DNA of 64,000 nucleotides, taken from assembly GCA_904063045.1 (NCBI GenBank), contig CAJFCJ010000012.1, positions 2,351,180 through 2,415,179 on the forward strand, in the 5' to 3' direction. The notes beneath the pieces are model-generated. The model had not been told where the DNA came from and did no database searches. It worked only from the letters and a program-made list of their open reading frames with translations. This DNA is from Dimorphilus gyrociliatus (taxonomy: Eukaryota; Animalia; Annelida). Below, piece after piece: positions 52,115 through 64,000 of this stretch. The translations under genes and the position numbers were made by a program. Every line of letters begins with the position of its first letter. Positions within the stretch are counted from its first letter, which is position 1.

Positions 52115-53185
52115 CGTATAGAAATAATAAACAGTACTACATCCATAGTTTAATGATAAACTAGATAGTTTTCTTTTTATTTTCTTGTCAATATATTTAA
52201 ATATTGTAGATATGATACGCAAAAAATGAAATAGATTGCGTAATAAATAGAATTTTTTTTAAATATCAATACTTAACATCCAAAGAAATCTCTAAAATAA
52301 ACAAATAAATAGGCTGTTGTTAGTTTCGTGGAATATATGCAAGAATTTACAAATTAAAATTTACAAGCTCCTTTGACTCGAACTATAGATTTAGTTGATT
52401 AAAAATGATATTATGTATTAGGTCCGGAAGAAAGCTCTGTTAGGATTGGTATTGAGAACATATCAGCTGATTAGAATAGAACAACAGCTAATATATCGAA
52501 AACAATTTATCTGTATTGATTTGCAATTATACTTTATCAATAATATTATTATGATCAAATTTTAGAAAAGAGTACAATCACCAGAAATAAACTGCAGAAT
52601 TATTAATTAATTTTTCATCATCATCCCCATCATCACTGTACCGAGCCAATTCATACAGATATTGAAGCAGTAATGGTTTGGTAAAGCACGATTGATAGAT
52701 AAAGATAGTTAGATAGATAGATTACCATAAATTTTTGCTCCTAAATTATACATTTGTATGTCAATACCATTGAATTAATTTCTACAAAGCACACTCAACA
52801 CAATGAATGAATTTAGCATACATCGACTAATCATGTATAAATAGAATATATACATGTAATCAAACGTAAGTACACATGAATGTATGTATATATGTATATA
52901 TGTATGTATGTATATACGTATATATTAAAATATATATATATATATGTACATATGTATTGTTATTTGTGATACGATGCATTCTTATTCGGTTAAGTTGCTA
53001 AGTGCTTTACACAAAAAATAGGGAAATTAACTCTTTCTCCTGCCTGAAAATATGAAAATGCTATACATATGTATGTATGTATGTATAATGATGATGCAAG
53101 CCGAACTATTCAGTTTTCTATCCACACATTGTACATTTAGCAAAGAAAGTCAGTTATTTTGTTTGTTTTTCTTTTAAAACGACTG

Positions 53186-54626
53186 CTATTGAATGTGTTG
53201 AGGCATATTAGGAAAGGGAGTTGGCTTGGGCGGTGGAGGGGGATTTTCTTCGAAGCCTTCGGACTCGGTTACAAGAGCTCGCTCGAGTATGACTTTACCC
53301 TCTTTATATCTTTGACTTTCTTCGTTGGCAAATTCATAAATCCAGCCTAATTTTGCTCCACAGTTTTTGCATGAAACATCCCTAACCATATGTCGACCTG
53401 TAAGCATAACTCTATCTTGAACTTCACTGAAGCCAATATTAACGACTTTGTCGAAAAGGAAAGCCCTGCCGGTTGCTCCTGTGAAACGAGTCTATAAAAA
53501 CAAAAAAAAACCCGATTAATCAGCAGCATGTCAAATGTCAATTAACAAAAAGAAATACTAAATATTAATATTGTTTTGAATAGAAGAGGAGAATTTATAA
53601 TAGTAATTTAGATTTTTTAACTTCCTGTACTAAAAATTTTGTCTGCTCAAGACGTAGTTGATAAGATCGTTTGTCTATGAATAAAATTAGAAAATAATTT
53701 CTTTCAGGCATTCTTTTCTTGTAAACAATTTAAAAAACATTGAATATTAATAGTTTTATATTTTTTTAAAATTCTTTTTAAAACAAAATACTCCCTTAAA
53801 TATAAATAAAATAGAATTTATATTTCCTTCGCTGAAAGCTAAAAGTTTAAAGCTGAGAGATATTACATGTATAGTATATATAGTATAAAAATTTATATGG
53901 TCCAGTATCTCTCTCCTCTATCAATTTACTGACAATAAATAAAAATGGAGAAACTAAAAAAAATTAATGGCAGGTCAAAAGACATAAGAAAGATAGACAC
54001 CTTATCTAAAACGAATCTAAAAATAACACGCTATTCCGTCAAGGAACTCGGTCAATAACTTTTTCTAACGTCCATTGGTTTTATTATTGTTATTAATTGA
54101 AACAATTGGTAACGATATAAACATTTGCTCTTTATCTAGGTGTAAAAACTGGATATATTTATATATAAACTAATTTCATAAATCTCTGAATTGAGGATAG
54201 GGGAAAAAAAATCCATTAATCGTTTAATTAACGTGAAATTAATAGAATTCTGTTGCACAGGTAAAAACTATCAACAAAAACGAAAAATACTCCTTAAAGG
54301 CGTTTTAAAATATCACAATAAATTAAAAAGAGAGAGAGAAAAGAACGTTATTATTCTTTTTCTGTATGGAATAACTCCAAATCATTTTGTATGACTAAAG
54401 TATATGTGTCATCTTATTATTTCATAATTCGTTGCATTTATTGATATTGAAATGTTATTTGTTTTTTTTATGCTTTGTAACCCTGTTTTCATAATATAAA
54501 TACATATAACGGGTATTAAATTGTATATACCGATATTAATTCGGCCCTGTTCGTTAGAGGAGTCTCGCAGTTAGCACATGAGTATATTCGAATTCCACCC
54601 ATATGAGTGAGGAACGTTCGACCCAT
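53186..54626 (-). CDS. YPEL5: Yippee-like protein 5
   Basis: Two exons: [32 protein letters not shown] | [18 protein letters not shown]...[27 protein letters not shown]...[13 protein letters not shown]. Confidence 0.95.
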
Positions 54627-55068
54627 CTGGAACAAAGAAGATTAGTATAGGCCAAAAGACACATGTCTCAAAGGTTTATTGACCGTTTAAAAACATACCT
54701 TCCACTTTGATTCTTTCGTCGACTGATTCCTTAAAGACTAGTTGACAATCTGGGGAATTTATTGTTTTTACGCACAACAAGAACATAATAAAACAGGCCT
54801 ATAAGTACAGAGACAACTATACCTCTTTGCAGTTGGGTTTTATGACGTTTGGGCAAAAATTTTGCTCTAATTTCGATTCAAACTGAAAGCTTATGGGCTG
54901 TTTTTGGATATTGGTCATAAATTATTGTCGAATTTTTCAGAAATACGGCTGTTTTTCGAAAAAAATGAATGGTAAACACGTAATTCGATACTACTAGAAC
55001 CTGACTGTCAGTTGTTACTTGCTTAATGTTTTCATACTAGTGGCGTCATCTGTAAAAAAATATATATA

Positions 55069-55080
55069 TGCGCATGCGCA
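55069..55080. promoter_or_regulatory. NRF1/EWG-type motif TGCGCATGCGCA upstream of YPEL5
   Basis: Exact consensus, part of a 14-bp palindrome, in AT-rich context. Confidence 0.5.
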
Positions 55081-55312
55081 TCCAAAACTTTGGCGGTGTT
55101 TAAAAATAAAGAACTACTAATATTAAGTTCGTAAACCGTATTAAATAGTTGAAATTTTCCAGCAAATCGAATGTTAAATATACAAAATATACTTATATTT
55201 TGGTTTTAGAAAAGAACCAAGTTTTATTTAAAAAAGAAACAACACCTTTACGGGCGAACAGGCTACAAGGCGTTTGTACATCGACGCCACTAAACGATTA
55301 AAACACGAAGTT

Positions 55313-56714
55313 CTACTCCTTGGCGTCATTATTTTCCTCTTTCTCTTCCTCTTTTGGTCCGTCTCCATTCTCCTCAACAGCTTGTTTTTTCGGTTGATTT
55401 CCATCAACTTCAGAGTTTACCAGCTCGGAGAAAGATTTCGCGGTGACGAAACTTTTTTCAGTCTCTTCTTCTGTTGCCTCGTCACGCTTCATCACTACCG
55501 TTTTAAATCCAGCTTGAGCTGCGGCTTTGGCCTCTAAAGTAATTTTCAAACAAAACGTTTAAAATATATTTACGCAAATCGTCTGATTGATATCTTACCA
55601 TCAGCTAAATCGGTAACAAATAGTACTTGATCGGGTTCCACCTCAATTTGTTTAGCGATTTTGATATAGCTATCCTTTTCTTTCTTCTCTCCTATTTCAG
55701 TATCGAAATGTCCCTCGAAATGTTGAGCAACATCCCCTGAGGTAGAGTGCTTGAACAAAAGTTTTTGAGCCTCAACTGTGCCGAAGGAATATGTATAGAC
55801 TTTCTTTTCTTCGGCAATAAAGCTCTTGATGGCTGGGAGAACATCCTCGTATAATCTGAAAAAAGATCACATTAATTGCGTAAAAATTTATAGCAATTTT
55901 CTCCGTAATCCTAAACGCAAAAGGAACTCGGTAAAACAATACAATAAATGCTCTCTTTATACGGATAATTGAATTTTTCTAATGCTATTTAACATGATAG
56001 TTAGTGTCTAACAGTGAACGAAATATCGATAATAATGTACGAGTCTGTTCTAGTCAAATCAAATAATTGGTTTCTTCTTTGTAGAGTACTAAGAATTAAA
56101 AAAATGCTTAGCCTTACTGACGAGCTAATACTAATTAGAAACTTCCAATATTGAGTAAGGAAAATTTTATCTGTCCGCTTAAGAAAACACTTAAGCCGAA
56201 TCGACAGCGTGATAAAACTTTCACTAAGGAAATTACTTACTCTCCCTGGATTTTTCCAGTCTTGTAAGCTTCTCTCCAAATAAAACCTTCAATTTTCTTC
56301 AAAGGAGTTGTCTTTCTCTCGTTTTCTATTTGCCAGAAAACATTATTTACAACGCCTTCTATAATTTTCTCTTGGTCTTCTTCTGGAATAGAAACAACTC
56401 CTTCTTTTTCTTCCTCAGTGTCCTTTGTGGCCAATTCTCTTAAATCCTTGATAACGTTTTGGGTCTCCTCTTGTTCGAAGTGGGTCTCCAAGTAGGTTTT
56501 CACGTTTTCCCTGAAGTAACTAATGAGCTTTTCCTGTAATTTTCAAAGAATAATCAGAAACGTTCCAAAAAAAATGGCGGGAAACCGGCAAGCAAACCTT
56601 TACAAAGGAAACAGGAGTAGTTGTGCCTTCGATGTCTAAAAGTACAGCCTTAACACCATCTAGGTGATCACCGCTAGCATCTAAGGGTCTTTTTACTGCT
56701 GGATTTTCGGCCAT
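55313..56714 (-). CDS. ENOPH1: Enolase-phosphatase E1 (methionine salvage, HAD family)
   Basis: VLLDIEGTTTPVSFVK, RKTTPLKKIEGFIWREAY, VYTYSFGTVEAQKLLF, HFEGHFDTEIGEK and VLFVTD...EAKAAAQAG. Confidence 0.95.
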
Positions 56715-56764
56715 CGTTGGATTAAATGCGTTTAGTGATATTTGGTGCTCTTCTTTTAACAGAT

Positions 56765-56775
56765 ATGGCGGAAGT
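56765..56775 (+). promoter_or_regulatory. Composite YY1/ETS-like element ATGGCGGAAGT in the ENOPH1 promoter
   Basis: ATGGCG overlaps GGAAGT; a second YY1-like CGCCATTTT lies at 56874-56882. Confidence 0.35.
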
Positions 56776-58870
56776 GAGAAGCCGACGCGCGGTAGAGTAT
56801 TCCTTGCTCATAAATTATTCATGAGGTTTTTTCCACTCGATTTCTGAAATGGTGCCCTATCATTTCATAGACGCGCCATTTTCTTTTCGCTAGCGGAGTT
56901 TGGAACGAAACTTTTTTGAACATAATTCATCGATTTTCCCGGTTATACGCGCAAACATACTAGCTATAAAAATGCCGGTAACAAAGAAACTCGACTAATC
57001 AACTAAGATAAACATTTTAGAATCAGATATTACTGATACGTTATGGCTGATGACCTTAACAAACAAACCCAAAAATCAATAAAACAAATAAATAAATATC
57101 TATATATATATATAAAATAAATCGAATTAAAGAATTAGTTAATAATTTGAAAATTTGAAAAAAATAAGAACGTTAAGTGAAATTGTAGAATTTTGTTGTT
57201 GATTCAATTAATAAATGCTATAAATATACTCATGGAAGAAACAACTATATAATAAGAATATTGATCGTAAAAAATATTTTAAAAAATAGAAAAGAGGAGA
57301 AAAAATGAAGGAAGGAAATTTTATAATGAAATATTACTTTAATTAAAGTAAAACTGAGTAAAAACATACTCATATGGCCTTATATTTAAGAATATCTGCT
57401 GTCTGTAGTTAACAGTTTGCAGGTGTACGATGGGGTTTTATTTATTATTTTATTGTTTTTGTCTGTAAGTCCTCAACTTTATCATCTTTATTAGCAAATC
57501 CTTAACTTTTGTTGTTCTAATCATGTTAAATGTATATAAGTATATGAATATGCTTCATAGGCATATATTCATTGGCAATTTATTAATATATATATATATA
57601 TATATATATACAAGACTTGTTATTCCTTCCTTATTATTTTTAATAATATATATAATAACATAGAAACTCGCAGGTTCTTTTTATTAATATTACATTTAAT
57701 AATTTATAATATTCTAAGAATAGAGTTAACGTATGTAACATGGAAAATGCATATACTTTTTCCTCATTACTTCTCTTCCTTATCTTCAAGTCGTCTGTAT
57801 TGATATAATATTTGTCGCTTCATTACTAATATATAACAAAAGGGGCTATATTTAATTATCCTGTACGTAGGAGAACTAACTAATTAGTTCATGATATGTA
57901 TAATATTTGTATATATATATACATTTTATATACATTTATATCGATGTATATATTACATACTGTATGTCTGTGTGGACAAGAGTACAAAACAATTTAAACA
58001 ATCTTGTACAGTATTCGAAGAACAAGCTCTGTCTTTTGTAGGATGCTATATATAGTATACAATATATAAGTTTATATACAGATTTACACATAAATTTATC
58101 CTCAATTATAGTCATCATTTACTCTATTTGGAAAATAAGTAAAGCTAATAATTCACTATTAAAAGTGATAGAGCGTTTAGGCATCCTCCATTTTTCGTGA
58201 TTATGCAACTATGAATAAAGTAGCAACACTGAATAAATAGAAAGCCTAAGTAGACAAATAGAGAAGCCATGCTATTTTGGAAAATATAAGAATTAAAAAA
58301 ATAAACTATTAAATAGGTGAACATGACATAGAATATTCAGGTGTAATATGTCGTGAAATTATCATTCGTTACACTCTCTCATTAATTAATCAACACAGAA
58401 AATTCGTTTCGTATGAACAAATCATATATAAACTACAATAAACAAACAAAACGAGGAAAGGATAAAAAACATAATGACTATTTTATCTACATTATCTAGA
58501 TTAACTACTTTTATTGGAATTATCGAAATATGGATTAAATCTTTTTCTACAATAAGTAGATAAATTAAATAGACCTCGAAAACTGATGCGAAAATATTCT
58601 CCATTTTCTAATTAAATTAAGCTAGTTAAGTTATCTTCTAATGTCTATATTGATAAGACTATACTTTGGAATTGGCTTTAATTGAAATCATAAACATTCG
58701 CTTCATGTGTTTCTTCTTGTATAACAAAGAAAATAATACTGTCTCTTCCAATACAATACAATTGCTTGCTTTAATGTTTATTCAAAAAAACAGCAATTTC
58801 GATACATATTCATAGACACGTTTCATGATAGTTTGCAGACGATAGCATTTAAGTAAGTTTGTCAAAATAC

Positions 58871-61800
58871 CTAAGCCAAAGCATCCTTTAGAATGTTGGC
58901 AATATCAACATCACTCTCTGATTTCTCTCCCGTAACGTCCTTCTCTAATTTAAGCTTCATTTCAGCTTTTTTGTAAATATCTTCTTCAACAGAATTCTTA
59001 CTCAACAGACGGTAAACGTTAACTTGTCTGATAAAAAGAAAATGAAATATTATACTTAGATAACTTTCTCTTGTTTACGTAATTATAATTTATACGCTTA
59101 CTTCTTTTGACCCAATCTGTGGCATCTATCCTCTGCTTGCTTATCGCAATATGGATTAAAATCAATATCATGAATTATAACCGTATTGGCGGATGTTAAA
59201 TTTATCCCTAGTCCGCCAGCTCGAGTAGTTAGTAAGAAAACGAAAATAGAGGAATCTTCGTTATAATCATCGATTTTTCCTTGTCTAGAAAATAGGGTTT
59301 TTATTTTTAATAGAGAGTTTATCATTAATTATTTATACTTATAAAAGAGATTTTATACTCTGTAAATCAAATATAGAAGCTTTGTTTTTACCTGTCAGTA
59401 ACTTGAGTACTTCCGTCTAACCGCAAGTATTTATAGCCCAGATGTTCCAGAAATGGTTCGATGATATCCAACATTATTTTGAATTGTGAAAAGAGTAAAA
59501 GTCGATCACCCTTTTCTTTAATGTTAGCCAAAAGAGTTCGCAAGTAATCGAATTTTCCGCTTTTATACAGATTGTTCTCATCCATAGTGAATTTTTTCAG
59601 AGACTTTAATAAATATATAGTTTTATCAAAGTAACTATATTTAATATTAAGTAATAACAAACCCTAAATTCTCCAGATATACACAAGTTGTACAATTCAA
59701 AATCATTCAAAGCCTGCATATCTTCGAAAAGATAATCCTCATTTCTATCACTTTCTTCTTTCGCAATCGCTTTCGCCATTTTCCTTAAAAGCTTATCATC
59801 GTAGTAGTTTCTCAATAGCAGTGGATGATTCGCCGCCTTTCTTAAATCCATCAGCATGGAACCATCCTGACCACCAACCTCTTCACCCTTTTTAATTGCT
59901 TCTTGGCGTTTTTTGACGGCTGTTTTAAATTTTTGAACAAGTTCCTTATAGATCCTACTTTGATCAGAGTCCATCTCAACTCTGGCGACAGTTGACAGCT
60001 TTTTCGGAAGCTGATTTAAGACATCAGCTTTAAGACGACGTAAAATAAATGGCTTAATGATACGCTTAGCTTGATCAATCCTCTTTTCCTCGTAATCAGT
60101 CTTCAATTTATCTTTGTTATTCTAACATTAAAATGAAATAATATACAGTATTCTGATATATGAATATATGTATTTTATTTAATGTTATAATAAAAAATAT
60201 GCGACTACTTACGTTTGATGTTGAAAAGGAGGATTTTATCTCTTCTGTTTGATTGATAAACAATTTAGGCATAATAAAGCATAAAAGCGACATCAATTCC
60301 AAGAGATTATTTTGTAGAGGAGTTCCAGTTAATAGAAATCTTCTCTGACACTAAAAATGTCCATTTTAATTATTAAATGTAGCTGTAATTTTCAAGATTG
60401 TTTTATATCTTACCTTGACTTTCATCAAATTAGTAAACCTTTGAGATTTCATGTTTTTCAGCATATGCCCTTCGTCAAAAAATGCACATTCAATATCCAT
60501 CTTTTTAAACAGTGATCTATCTTCAGTACTTCCAGTTATCATGTTATATCTGTAATCAAGACACAAGAGTTGCTTTTTTATAAAGAAAAACAAAGAAAAC
60601 AGTTTCACATACGTTGTTAAAATAATATCGAAGTGATCACAAGTTTTATTAAAAACATCCATGCGTATAGCCTTCCTATCTTCTTGTTTACCATAGTAGA
60701 GGAGTACTTCCATTAAAGGTGCCCACGTTTTTAATTCTCTTAGCCAATTATCTAAAAGTAAAAATGTCTTTGTAAAACGAAAGAAGGCCTACAACTAAAT
60801 TTGATTTAATTTACCAATTGTTGAGCTTGGAACAACAATAACATGAGGTTTTTTCACACCGACCTCGCGTAAATATCCTAAAAATGCAATAGTCTGAACA
60901 GTCTTTCCCAAACCCTGGAGAAACAAAACAAGATAATGATTAAATATAGGACAATTCAGAAAATAATCAACAATAAAGCTACCATTTCATCAGCTAAAAT
61001 TCCATTTATCTTATTTTTATAGAGTAAGGCTAACCAGTTTAATCCTGCCATTTGATAAGGTGCCAGTTTCAGTCTATTAATGAAATTATTTTAATTAAAT
61101 AACACACTAAAAGAAAAGTAGCTTTAAAATATTCTTAAATAACTTACGTATGGTTTAAATACTTCGGTAGGTCTGTTATAACAGATCTGCTTACTTTCGT
61201 TGATTTTCCAGTGATTTCCTCCACTATCCCTTCCATTGTTGATGAAATATCTTCACATTTTTGCATGAGATCCTCAATGGCTTTTCGAGTTTTGAACAAT
61301 TCTCTACAGTTTTGTATCAACTGTACATTTAAGGGTCTCTTTGATAATTTCTTTTTCTATTAGAAAAGGAGTTAATAGATTATAAATATATATTAATATA
61401 TCATTAATTTATTAATTTATAAGTTATAAGCTTACTAAATCATCCATATCTTTGAATGGTCGATTTTTAATGAGTAAATCGGCCTTCGCTCCCAGACAAC
61501 CAGGCATATCCAACAGATCTTGTTTTAAAGATTCATTGAAAAATGCCAGAATATTATTTTCTGTAGATTTTGACATACATTCGCTATCCTGTTGGATAAA
61601 AAACAGAATTCGATAAGACAATAAAATATAAAGGTATTTGCAAATAAACTATATTACTGAATAGTCGCTATCATCCTCATCTCTGTTGAAATCTTCATCT
61701 TCACATTCGCTGTCTCTTCCTTTTTTAGCTGAATTTAAAAATAACGAAAATTTTTTCAATATGCTTTTCATCTTTAATTATATTTTCTTATAATAATAAT

Positions 61801-62793
61801 AAGAATAAAAAATATACCTTCGTTATTCGTGTTATCATTTTTAAATTGTGATAACTGTTTCCTGGCGGCGGTCATTGCTTTAATACTGCCAAGGTTAGCA
61901 GTTCTGGATACATTCTTTGATAAATTTGGGCATATATCATCAGTTTCAGAATCGTCATCAAAATTTCCTAAATTATCAGAAATACCGTGCTTGATTAGAA
62001 GACTCTGCATTGAGTAATTACAATTTCTCAAAGAAACGTATATTTGCTGTAAGGAAAGCAAAGACAATTAAAATGTTATGACGATTTATATAGAATTCTT
62101 TGCTAACCCATTCATTAATATGAGTTATTTTGGTTTTTAAATAGTCCATTTTCTTGCGCAATGAAGATATATTTTCGAGATCTTGTTCATAATCCGCTTT
62201 AGTTAAATTTAGAGGATTTTCAAAAGGAATGGCGGGTCCGTTAAGTTCTGATATTTCAGTTTTTGGTATATCTGATTCGTTTAAGAATACTGTTTCTTGA
62301 GACTCTAATTCAACTTTTGAGCTGATAGTATCTTTAGTAATTTCATCGTAGTCATCATCATCTAGTGGAAGGGTCTCTTGGGATTCGATTTTAATTTTAA
62401 TATCGTTACATTCTTCTTTAATTTTAGTAGGGGAAGGGGGTGCGTCAGATATTTCTTCGGTGTCCGAGCTCTTTAGAATGAACCGCCTTCTCTTGGGTAT
62501 AGTCTTCAATGTTGAGTCCGGGCAAATACTGCGTATAAGTCAATAGATTTATGAGGAATCTTTCTTTATAATATCACAGCATATTATTCAAAAAATTCCA
62601 TTTACGTAACAAACGAATTATGAAAATGAAAATTAGCTTACTTTTCGTTTGATCCAGTTCTTTTTCTCTTTTGACTTATCTTTGAATCATCAGATTCCAA
62701 ATGATTACCTGAAAAAAATATATGAATAATTCTCTTATTCTAATAATCAAAAGTAGAAAGATTACTTCTCCCTCGTTTATTCTTTGCCGACAT
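58871..62793 (-). CDS. SMARCAD1: SMARCAD1/Fun30 SNF2-family chromatin remodeller
   Basis: [127 protein letters not shown]. Confidence 0.94.
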
Positions 62794-63187
62794 GAGCGTT
62801 CGAGTAAATTTTCCTACGATATTTTTCAACTAAAGGCCTGAAGGCGATAATAGAGAATTACGAAATTTCAACACAGCTACGTTATAATTACATGAAATAG
62901 TAGTAAAATCATAAAAAACGTTATGAAACTATACTCACTGAAAACAGATTGAAAGATTATGATTAAATTCTAAGTAATTTGGTCCTTTTTTTTGCAATAA
63001 ATTATTGGCCTGCTGCAGTGCGCCGACTCGACCGGAAACACTGTTTTGAATTCTCCTCTCGAAAAGATTTAGTCACAAAAGTTTGAGTTCGTATTTGCTG
63101 GAAAGTTGGAACTTATTTCTTTTTCTTTCAAGCTTCTTGAGTCTTCACAAAAAATTTTTTTTACAAATACGAAAATAATGCCACTTA

Positions 63188-63197
63188 GCGCATGCGC
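63188..63197. promoter_or_regulatory. NRF1-type motif GCGCATGCGC in the SMARCAD1 divergent promoter
   Basis: Exact core palindrome between the SMARCAD1 ATG (62793, -) and a + strand exon at 63425. Confidence 0.45.
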
Positions 63198-63424
63198 GTA
63201 ATACCTGTTTGAAAAAATATCATATATCTGTGAAAACAGATAGATTATCATTCGATTAAATAACAATCAACTGATCAATAATTACCAAAGAAGTGTTCTC
63301 ACTCGGCCTGTTGTTAATCTTAAATTTGCCTAGTAACGAGGCGATCTATCGAAATATGGCCTATGTCCATAGTAGACATCATTGATATCGTTAGTGATTG
63401 GTAAATATTGATCAAATTTGGCCG

Positions 63425-63522
63425 ATGCCCAGTCGTTCGTACGCCCCAGTTTCGACCGAATCGCCTAGGAAGATTTCAAAGCCTGTCAGCGTCGAAATTA
63501 TGCCTGCCAGACCAGTTAAAAG
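63425..63522 (+). CDS. Probable first coding exon of a gene continuing beyond the window
   Basis: MPSRSYAPVSTESPRKISKPVSVEIMPARPVK(R) in locally GC-richer DNA, ending at a strong AG|GTAAGT donor. Confidence 0.45.
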
Positions 63523-64000
63523 GTAAGTCTAATTATTCGGTCTTTACATATGTATTAGCTTACCATGCTTTTTTGGCTATATATTCTAAAAAGGTTATAG
63601 ATTTGATGTATTTCATACTCTTTTTTCAAAAACCATACGTCACACGTGACTCATCTATTTTTTTTCTATAATCTAATTTCAATATAATTCAGTACTCTAC
63701 AATTAATACATGTTACATCGACAAAAAAAAGCTAAATGTTAGAGTAAAAGTGCCGGTAGTGTACTTTTGTAGAACAATGCAATAAATTAAAAATCTATAG
63801 GATAAGGTCTGTTGATAGTAAATTGTAGATCAAGTTCAAAATATTTATTTAAGGATTTTAACCAATCTGAAGATTAAATAATAGTCTTAAATAGACATGT
63901 ATATACTAGGTTATACCAAGTATACGCTCTTTGCGTAGAGACATATTTGGTGCACTATCATTAAAGAGTTCATACACTCTATACTTGTTGCTTTCATAAT

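Noticed and set aside
56001-56233. Possible snoRNA in the ~375-nt ENOPH1 intron (GCTTAAG...CTTAAGC hairpin)
   Set aside because: No C/D (RTGATGA/CTGA) or H/ACA box arrangement was found; a 7-bp stem alone is not sufficient.
1-64000. CRISPR arrays, operons, transposases, reverse transcriptases or viral genes
   Set aside because: None seen. All long ORFs map to spliced eukaryotic host genes, and repeats are limited to microsatellites.

Overview
Gene-dense, very AT-rich eukaryotic (metazoan) DNA with short spliceosomal introns, many of them 50-100 nt. I found no prokaryotic features, CRISPR arrays or recognisable transposons. The gene content and compactness suggest a compact invertebrate, probably lophotrochozoan, genome (inference only). 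By manual splicing I can support about 23 protein-coding genes and one intron-containing tRNA-Arg(UCU). In order: a partial secreted C-type-lectin-like gene, two tandem mini-collagen membrane proteins, Sfmbt, a METTL24-like gene, SCYL3, an uncharacterised gene, PRPF38B, a 5xCUB-trypsin protease, a Shaw/Kv3 channel, a GT61-like glycosyltransferase, FRA10AC1, a DUF229 gene, a TLC-domain gene, a BTB gene, an EF-hand gene, an RRM-5xTudor gene, MEMO1, SYAP1, YPEL5, ENOPH1, SMARCAD1 and the first exon of a further gene. The most striking feature is at 981-2881: two tandem four-exon genes that the ORF track fragments. Each encodes a signal peptide, exactly 19 Gly-X-Y triplets, an N-glycosylated stalk, one TM helix with a buried Asn/Gln, and a cytoplasmic tail with paired tyrosine motifs. 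They look like a candidate type-I collagen-ectodomain signalling receptor pair and sit head-to-head with the lectin-like gene. All gene models were built by eye; no searches were run.
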